From an uncultured Gammaproteobacteria bacterium (GTDB lineage Bacteria > Patescibacteriota > Patescibacteriia > Magasanikbacterales > UBA922), in contig CAYQNA010000001.1 of NCBI GenBank assembly GCA_964418775.1, positions 64,446 to 128,445 on the forward strand: a DNA stretch of 64,000 nucleotides. Reading direction: 5' to 3'. The stretch's first letter is position 1. Each line of letters opens with the position of its first letter. The notes beneath the pieces are model-generated. The model was given only the letters and a program-made list of their open reading frames with translations, did not search any database and was not told the DNA's origin. Both the position numbers and the translations under genes were made by a program. Positions 29,871 to 36,615 of this stretch are shown piece by piece.

Positions 29871-30821
29871 ATGGAGACACATCCTAACCTAAAATCTATT
29901 TCGGAATTAGTTCAACTTAAAATAGGTGATATTCTTGATTTTAAAAAGATGTCCGGCGGAAGTAATGAAATTTTTTATATTAAAACCAATCATGGCGAGT
30001 TTATTGTAAAAATATACAATGAAGACAGCTCACAAAGAACTAATTTAAGTCGAGAAATACAAATGTCTAGCATATTGAAAGATTTTCCTGAAATAAGAAG
30101 TCTGGTTTTTTCTGATACAACAAGAAGTCAGATACCGTATGAGTTTGCAATATTTGAATATGTGGACGGCCAAACCTTACGATTTCTCGTTGAAAACAAT
30201 CTTTTAACAGATGAACAATTAGAAGTAATTGCTGATCAGATTTTTGATTTAATTAAAAGAATTATAGAAATTGCAACAAAAAAGTTTGGACAGCTGGATG
30301 AAAGTGGTTTGATAGGGACGTCTCAATCTTGGGTTGATTTTTTGGGTGGCATGCAAGATCCGACTACAAAAACATTTGAAAATAGTAACCTTTTCCCGGA
30401 CAAAGAATATTTAATACCGCAAGCAGTACTGGATAAACACAAAAGTGTATTTGAGCTAGATGATCCAAGATTGATCCCGATGGATTTAAATATAGACAAT
30501 ATAATTGTCACTCCCGATCAAAAAATAAAGTTTATAGACCCAGAAACTTTTTGGAGCGGTGATCCATTATGCGCATTTGCTCAATTTTATGCCCTAACAA
30601 AGGGCACCATATTAGGTGATAAATTTTTTGGGAATTTGGAGCTTTCACCAGATGATGAGTTCAAAGTTCGACTTTATGCACTCCTAGATAATCTGAATGT
30701 TCTTGCCTTTATAACGAGGGTTAATCCAGAAGGTGCTAAAGAAGCAAAGCCATATGGAAACCCAAACAAATTTTTTGATTTGATAAACGAGAATGTAAAA
30801 TTCTTTGAACAAAGTTTATAA
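29871..30821 (+). CDS. Aminoglycoside-phosphotransferase-like (APH/choline kinase fold) kinase
   Basis: GG.N.IFYI...FIVKI, FEYVDG, Brenner-like PMDLNIDNIIV, FIDPE...GDP; start may be 29829. Confidence 0.8.
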   Translation: METHPNLKSISELVQLKIGDILDFKKMSGGSNEIFYIKTNHGEFIVKIYNEDSSQRTNLSREIQMSSILKDFPEIRSLVFSDTTRSQIPYEFAIFEYVDGQTLRFLVENNLLTDEQLEVIADQIFDLIKRIIEIATKKFGQLDESGLIGTSQSWVDFLGGMQDPTTKTFENSNLFPDKEYLIPQAVLDKHKSVFELDDPRLIPMDLNIDNIIVTPDQKIKFIDPETFWSGDPLCAFAQFYALTKGTILGDKFFGNLELSPDDEFKVRLYALLDNLNVLAFITRVNPEGAKEAKPYGNPNKFFDLINENVKFFEQSL

Positions 30822-30833
30822 AATGCAACGTCC

Positions 30834-32123
30834 ATGGAAAAAGTTTTAATTATTGGCAGCGCCACAAGTCGTGAATATGCTCTTGTTAGAGAGTTGTCAG
30901 TTTATTGTAAATGTAAAGTGAGTGCTTATTTATGGAGGGATAGTCATTTTATTAAAAATCATTGTACCAATTATGAAGTTGGCGATGTTCAGGATATTGA
31001 TAGAATTATTCAGTTTACTAAAAAGGTAAAGCCTGATTTTGTTATTGTTACACAGGGTGAAGCAATGCAAGTTGGAATCAGAAACCACTTAGATTCTATC
31101 AACATACCGTGTATATCGCCGACAAAAGAGCAAAGTAAATTAGAAAATAGTAAGATTTTTTGTCGACAATTTATTAAAGAGATAAACGAACACTTTGTAC
31201 CAAAACACAAAGCGTTCGACGTAAAAAATATTGCTGATTTAGATGGTTATATTAATGAATTAAAATCTGACAAGGTAGTATTAAAATTTGATGGACTCAT
31301 GAACTCTGAAGGGGTGAAGATTTATAACTTGAAAAAAGATTCAAAAAAAGATTTAAAAAATCAAGCAAATACATGGATTAAAAAAGTCAACGGCAAAATA
31401 GTTGTGGAAGAATTTGTTGAAGGAGATGAAGTTTCAATAATGAGTTTTGTCGATGGCACGAATATTGTACACATGCCCCCTGTTAAAAATTATAAGAAAA
31501 TCTGGGAAGGTGATGGTGGCGATAATACTTCTGGAATGGGTTCAATTACGATTGGCAAAACATTGGGTTTTTTAACAAATAAAGACGTCCTCAAATTAGA
31601 AGAAGTTAATAACCTAGTGTTTGAGAAAATAAAAAAGGATTTTTCAGAAAAATATATAGGTATATTGATGGGTGAATTCATAATTAATAATGGGGAAATT
31701 AAGGTTATTGAGTATAATACACGTTTTGGTAATCCTTCAACAATAAATATTTTAAATCTGTTAGATACTAGTTTTTTAGAAATTTGTAAATCAATGATAA
31801 GTGGTACGCTAAATAATACGCCTATTAAATGGAAAAATTTAGCATCAGTTTCTGTGTCGGTTGTACCAAAAGGTTATCCGTACTCAAAAGAAAATGTTGG
31901 AAAAAAAATAAATTTAACCAAACTAGAAAAAGAAGAACTGGGGCATATATTTTTTGCAAGCTTAAATGTGGATTCTAATAAAGATATCACACTTATGAAT
32001 TCAAGAAATTTAACAGTTTGTGTTGTTGGAGAAGAAATAAATAATTGCCGAAGCAGAATAATAAAAATTTTAGATAAAATTGGTGGGCCTATATATTTTA
32101 GAAAAGATATAGGAACTTTTTAA
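30834..32123 (+). CDS. PurD-like ATP-grasp ligase (phosphoribosylamine--glycine ligase family, divergent)
   Basis: VLIIGS..RE.AL, LE.SK.F, VVEEFVEGDEVS, EGDGGDNTSGMG, IEYNTRFGNP, YFRKDIG. Confidence 0.82.
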   Translation: MEKVLIIGSATSREYALVRELSVYCKCKVSAYLWRDSHFIKNHCTNYEVGDVQDIDRIIQFTKKVKPDFVIVTQGEAMQVGIRNHLDSINIPCISPTKEQSKLENSKIFCRQFIKEINEHFVPKHKAFDVKNIADLDGYINELKSDKVVLKFDGLMNSEGVKIYNLKKDSKKDLKNQANTWIKKVNGKIVVEEFVEGDEVSIMSFVDGTNIVHMPPVKNYKKIWEGDGGDNTSGMGSITIGKTLGFLTNKDVLKLEEVNNLVFEKIKKDFSEKYIGILMGEFIINNGEIKVIEYNTRFGNPSTINILNLLDTSFLEICKSMISGTLNNTPIKWKNLASVSVSVVPKGYPYSKENVGKKINLTKLEKEELGHIFFASLNVDSNKDITLMNSRNLTVCVVGEEINNCRSRIIKILDKIGGPIYFRKDIGTF

Positions 32124-32149
32124 GGCCTTTGATTATTTAGACATAATTT

Positions 32150-32722
32150 ATGTTAAAAGTTGGGTTTGACATGGATGGAGTTATTATTGACAACACAGTG
32201 TTTAAAAGTGATTTGTACCGTCAGAAAACTGGTATAAAGCTTGAATGTTGGAAGTTTAATTCAAATGTTATTGATGATTACATAACTAATACCCCTCTTC
32301 GTAAAGAAATAGACAAAATTAGCGCCATATCTGTACATCATAAAACAACTGAACAGAACATGCGCAACATTTTATTAGAAATAAAGTCCCACGCAGACAT
32401 TTTTTTGATTTCCTCAAGAGGAAAAAGTGAAGAGGGCGTGTTGGCAGCGCGACAAACCATTAAAAATCTAAAATTAGATACTATCTTTGGAGATAATATT
32501 TTTTTTACAAAAAACGATGGAGATAAAATTGAAAAAATTAAATTTCTTGAAATTGATTTTTTTATAGAGGACAGATTCGATGTTATTAGTATGCTACCTA
32601 AAAAAACAGCCATACTATATGATCAATTTTTTCAATGGAAAAAATATAAAAAATATATTATTATTAAATCACTCTTGGACATTATTCCGTTAATTAGATT
32701 TCAGGAGTACAGTGATAACTAA
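32150..32722 (+). CDS. HAD-superfamily phosphatase (5'-nucleotidase-like)
   Basis: GFDMDGV motif I, ISSR motif II, K, IEDR motif IV. Confidence 0.78.
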   Translation: MLKVGFDMDGVIIDNTVFKSDLYRQKTGIKLECWKFNSNVIDDYITNTPLRKEIDKISAISVHHKTTEQNMRNILLEIKSHADIFLISSRGKSEEGVLAARQTIKNLKLDTIFGDNIFFTKNDGDKIEKIKFLEIDFFIEDRFDVISMLPKKTAILYDQFFQWKKYKKYIIIKSLLDIIPLIRFQEYSDN

Positions 32723-32745
32723 GATTGGGTGATGAATGTTACTAT

Positions 32746-34014
32746 ATGATCGGTACAGGAATTATCTTAAAACCAAATGGCGATGAAATTTTTATTAAGG
32801 ATGATGAGACTTTGGAATCTCTTATAAAAACAAAAATTACGAAAGAAATGGGAGCTTACTTGCGGAGAGCAGAGTTAGGAGGAAAAGTGAATGAAAGTAT
32901 GGTTGTGCAAAAAGCTATAGATTTGGGTTATTTATCTCACACCCTAAATACAAATGACGGTAGTGCAACATTTACCTCTAAGGGGAAAATAATAAAAGAA
33001 TTGATAACACAGTGGAGTAAATCAATCGCCAAAAATAAATTACAAGCTTTAGAAGTAGAAACTCCGGATATATATAAAGCTAATAAAGTTATATTATCAA
33101 TGCAAGATCAATTCGGCGAACCCCCTTTTTATATTAATGAAGAGGAAATATTAAGACCTGCATCTGATTTTGGGGTTTTTTCTTTGTATGGAGGGAAAAT
33201 ATTACAAGAATCAATTATTCCGCACAGAATTTTTGAGCTGGCAAATTGTTTTAGGCAGGAAGACGTGAATAGGGTTGATTTATTAGCAAGACCTAGGAAA
33301 TTTTCCATGCCTGATCTACACACATTTATTCAATTGAAAGATCTAGATAATGAACTAAAAATTCAGGAAGATGTTTATCTAGATGCAATGAGATCCATTG
33401 AACTTGAGTTTCTTGTTTCTGTTAGGACAACAACAGAAGAATACACTCAATTAAAAAAACATTTTTTTTATTTAGCTCAACAAACTAATAAAGAAGTTTA
33501 TATTAATATAGTACCAAGCAGGAAACGTTATTGGACAACTAAAATTAAATTCATCTACGTAGATAGTCTTGGCAATAATTTACAATTAACTACTATACAA
33601 ACTGACCACGATTCTGCCAAACTTTTTAATATCAAATTAAAAGATACTTATCCGAGTGTGCTTCATTCGTCGCTTGGCAGTATAGAGCGGCTGATGTATG
33701 CCCTTATTGACGAAGGATTAAAGGGAAAACATTTTATGTTACCACTATGGATAAGCCCCGTTCAAGCTATGATTTTTGGGGATAAAAAAAATTTAATGAT
33801 TGGGAGATTAGTGAGATATGAAAAATGTAGTGAAACTAGTATAAAATCAAATATGTTTGAAAGCTTTTTTAAAATTGGTATTCCTTATGTAATTGATGTT
33901 GATAATAACATTGCTTATAGCAGAGATGACCAGGAACAGGCTGACATGGTAATCAATAAAATTGAAATTATTAATAAAAATTTTTTGAATCTACCTAAAT
34001 CAAATAAATTTTAA
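32746..34014 (+). CDS. Archaeal-type threonyl-tRNA synthetase-like paralogue (catalytic core, no editing domain, degenerate anticodon domain)
   Basis: LRPASDFG.F, RIFELANCFRQE, RPRKFSMPDLH, QLTTIQTD, VLHSSLGSIERLMYAL, LPLWISPVQ. Confidence 0.8.
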   Translation: MIGTGIILKPNGDEIFIKDDETLESLIKTKITKEMGAYLRRAELGGKVNESMVVQKAIDLGYLSHTLNTNDGSATFTSKGKIIKELITQWSKSIAKNKLQALEVETPDIYKANKVILSMQDQFGEPPFYINEEEILRPASDFGVFSLYGGKILQESIIPHRIFELANCFRQEDVNRVDLLARPRKFSMPDLHTFIQLKDLDNELKIQEDVYLDAMRSIELEFLVSVRTTTEEYTQLKKHFFYLAQQTNKEVYINIVPSRKRYWTTKIKFIYVDSLGNNLQLTTIQTDHDSAKLFNIKLKDTYPSVLHSSLGSIERLMYALIDEGLKGKHFMLPLWISPVQAMIFGDKKNLMIGRLVRYEKCSETSIKSNMFESFFKIGIPYVIDVDNNIAYSRDDQEQADMVINKIEIINKNFLNLPKSNKF

Positions 34015-34015
34015 T

Positions 34016-34582
34016 ATGGCGAAAATCATACTGACTGGGCCACATTATTGTGGAAAAACCACTGTACTTAGAAAATTGAAGGATTACTTTTTAGATAACC
34101 CTGAAGTGGGTTTTATTGAAAGCGATGGAAGTCGCTGTCCAATTAGTTACAAAGATGTGGATTATTTGCGAGCAAATCCCAAAACAGAAATAAACATAAC
34201 ATATTGGATGATTGCAGATAACATAAAAAGAGAGATTGAGGCAAAAAATAAATATAAAAATTTAGTATTTGATCGCTGCGTCATAGATCAGCTTGCATAC
34301 CCCGCAGAAATTACCGGTAAAGATAATTTACCAAAATCCATAAATTTATTTATACGAGAATGGCTTATATTTGAACCATACGATAAGATATTTATATTTC
34401 CCGCAAACCCTGATTTTTTGAAAGCAGGTACAAATAATACTGGAGATGTAAATTTTCAGAAAAATATTGAACAAAGATATTTAGAATTAACCAAAGAATT
34501 TAATCTTTCGTCTGAAATACTCCCCTTAGATCAAGATAGACAAATTGATTTAATTTTAAATTATTTGAAGTCTAATTTATAA
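34016..34582 (+). CDS. P-loop nucleoside/nucleotide kinase-like protein (AAA_28/TMK-like)
   Basis: IILTGPHYCGKTT Walker A; VFDRCVIDQLAY DR motif. Confidence 0.75.
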   Translation: MAKIILTGPHYCGKTTVLRKLKDYFLDNPEVGFIESDGSRCPISYKDVDYLRANPKTEINITYWMIADNIKREIEAKNKYKNLVFDRCVIDQLAYPAEITGKDNLPKSINLFIREWLIFEPYDKIFIFPANPDFLKAGTNNTGDVNFQKNIEQRYLELTKEFNLSSEILPLDQDRQIDLILNYLKSNL

Positions 34583-34596
34583 ATTGCCTGAAGCTC

Positions 34597-34788
34597 GTGT
34601 TTTTGTGTAAGTTAGAAAAATATAATCCGTTTTTTTGGCGTGTCGTCAATTATGGAAATTGGCGTGCAAAAGTTACAAGATTCCATAATCGGTGGCCAAT
34701 TGAAACTTTTTATTTTTACGGTTTGCAAAAAATCCCCGCATTACGGAGACTTTCGCCCTGCACGGCTGATTATATTTTTCAAAAGTAA
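34597..34788 (+). pseudogene. Possible gene remnant at the island border
   Basis: 63-codon open frame with host-like composition and no convincing start; family not recognised. Confidence 0.25.
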
Positions 34789-34926
34789 CTCACTGATCAC
34801 TGCACCAACAAGTGGTTAAGTAATCAGTGAGGGGGAGCGTCGTGCGAAACGATTCATACTCCCGACTGTGTCATCCGCTTGCGCGATTGACTCGGGTCGG
34901 AGCGTGAGCTCCCCAACACCTCCTTA
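34789..34926. ncRNA. Putative structured RNA (hairpin plus three-way junction)
   Basis: CTCACTGAT/ATCAGTGAG stem; GGGGAGC(34832-38)/GCTCCCC(34908-14) closing stem with two internal arms; CGC-GCAA-GCG tetraloop on the minus strand. Confidence 0.45.
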
Positions 34927-34931
34927 GTTGC

Positions 34932-35708
34932 CTACTCCTCCGGAATGCAGCCCTCGATGGGCTCGTTGTACCGGCACTCGTTGCCCGACCCTGCAAAGTG
35001 CAGACAAACATTCTGCAGACAGGGATCATCGGTGACCCCGCAGTCCGTATCCGTCTGGCAAGTGTCGATGCACTTCACCTCGGGCTCGGACGTGCACAGA
35101 TTGTTGCAGAACTGACCGACGCCCATGCTGGGCTGGCAGGTCGAGTCTTCCTCACAGGAGTAGAGCAGCATACCAACACTGCTCCCGTTGCAGACCTTGT
35201 CAGCTTTGCAATCCGCGTGCGTCTTGCATGGCTTGCATCCCTCCACTGTTGCGTGGGCGCAGAAACCCCCATCGCAAGTTTCAGTCGTGCAGCCCTGGCC
35301 GTCGTCGCAGTCCTCGTCGGACTGGCACTGGACCTCGCTGGCCCAGATCTCTGGTGTGTCGGTCGGCTGCGACGCTTCTTCCTCGGCCTTCTGGCTCTGG
35401 AAGTACATGATGAGGTCTTCGAGCATCTCGTCGGAGAGGGTGAACGTGCCCTGTTCCACCGAGAACATGGTGGGTGCTCCGACCTGACCTTCCTCACCCG
35501 TGAGGTCGGTACCGTCAAAACCAACGGCCGGTTCCGGCCAATCGACGCCCGGCTCACCCATGGGACCGTCGACCCCGTGGGTACCGTCGCCGTTGTTGGT
35601 CTCGTCCACGCTGTTCGCGGTGGTACACACCGGGTCCGGGCTCACGCAGTCGCGCGAGCAGGAAGAGACGAGGGCAACGAAGACGGACAGCGTGTTGAAC
35701 TTATTCAT
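34932..35708 (-). CDS. GC-rich, cysteine-rich secreted protein or lipoprotein
   Basis: MNKFNTLSVFVALVSSC signal/lipobox-like start; repeated CxxxxDC units (CQSDEDCDDGQGCTTETC, CKTHADC, CQTDTDC); GGAG RBS. Confidence 0.75.
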   Translation of the reverse strand: MNKFNTLSVFVALVSSCSRDCVSPDPVCTTANSVDETNNGDGTHGVDGPMGEPGVDWPEPAVGFDGTDLTGEEGQVGAPTMFSVEQGTFTLSDEMLEDLIMYFQSQKAEEEASQPTDTPEIWASEVQCQSDEDCDDGQGCTTETCDGGFCAHATVEGCKPCKTHADCKADKVCNGSSVGMLLYSCEEDSTCQPSMGVGQFCNNLCTSEPEVKCIDTCQTDTDCGVTDDPCLQNVCLHFAGSGNECRYNEPIEGCIPEE

Positions 35709-35907
35709 GACTGACTCCGATGCGGCCGTGTAGCGGTCCGCGTTTATGCCCCACAGGGCTAGATTGGAATGGTCCGGACTGGCTGACGAGTGTCATCCTG
35801 CCCAGAGCTTTGGGAGGGTCAAGCACTACCCTGGCAAAGCTGTAGGAAGGAAAAGCCGTAAAATTTTAACCGCGGAGTATACCTTTTTTTCAACCCCTTA
35901 GGACGTC

Positions 35908-35932
35908 AAAAGACCGGTTAAAACCGGTCTTT
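35908..35932 (-). terminator. Intrinsic terminator
   Basis: AAAGACCGGT/ACCGGTCTTT inverted repeat downstream of the 35968..36234 gene. Confidence 0.65.
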
Positions 35933-35967
35933 CTTGGCTAGATTAAGCCTTTTTGTTGGCTGCCTCC

Positions 35968-36234
35968 TTACTCCTCGCCCAGTCCCAGCTTTTCCTCTAT
36001 TAAGGTAAGGCTGCTGGCCATGGCATCGGCATCGGCCCGGGTGCGGTCGTCCAGTTTGTGGAGCTGTAGGCGGAGGTCGGTCAGGCCGCGGTCGAGGTTG
36101 GTGCCCAAGTGGCCAATTTGCTGGCGGCATTGCTGGGCCGTGACCTCTAGGTTTCCCAGGGTATCCAGGATGTCTCCTAGGAGGCGGGGGAGGTCACTAA
36201 GGTTAACGTCAGGTACATAGGTTGTGGTTGCCAT
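35968..36234 (-). CDS. Small coiled-coil hypothetical protein
   Basis: ATG at 36234; heptad Leu pattern; upstream TTGACA-17-GATACT promoter and downstream terminator. Confidence 0.6.
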   Translation of the reverse strand: MATTTYVPDVNLSDLPRLLGDILDTLGNLEVTAQQCRQQIGHLGTNLDRGLTDLRLQLHKLDDRTRADADAMASSLTLIEEKLGLGEE

Positions 36235-36330
36235 AAAGAAAGTAGGCTGCTGTGGCGCTCCCACACGCAGCGTAGATAGTATCAAACAGCTGGGTTTGAC
36301 TGTCAAATTAGCCTAAAATACGTAGGGGAC

Positions 36331-36367
36331 TGTGGATAACCACAGACTTATCCACTATTTATCCACA
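36331..36367. promoter_or_regulatory. DnaA-box cluster
   Basis: TGTGGATAA (36331-39), TTATCCACT (36348-56) and TTATCCACA (36359-67), followed by an AT-rich tract. Confidence 0.7.
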
Positions 36368-36441
36368 TTCTCTTTTAAAAATCCCTTATTTAAGCTAAAA
36401 TAATAAACAACATTGACAAAAACTAGCGATTCGTTCTGTCC

Positions 36442-36470
36442 TTGACAATCCACGCTGCTTCGAGTATGAT
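36442..36470 (+). promoter_or_regulatory. rpoBC promoter
   Basis: TTGACA-17 bp-TATGAT. Confidence 0.75.
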
Positions 36471-36615
36471 TATGGAGCTAATTTAGCTCGTGGTTCTGGC
36501 TCGGCCAAGAGCCGGGAGATTGGTAATATCATGTCCGCCCTACCAACCCCATAAGCATCCCACTATAATAATCCTTTGCCCAAGGAATTTTTTTGTTTAT
36601 TACGTTGACCAGACT

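Larger units (their letters stand above)
26440..34590. other. AT-rich genomic island with two divergent operons (aaRS-paralogue cluster)
   Basis: Abrupt shift to AT-rich sequence and Lys/Ile/Asn-rich proteins relative to the flanks; no integrase seen. Confidence 0.8.

Noticed and set aside
26497-34595. CTGAAGCT on both sides of the island (26497-26504 and 34588-34595) as a target-site duplication
   Set aside because: An 8-bp match across border regions of this size is plausible by chance; no integrase, transposase or tRNA is adjacent
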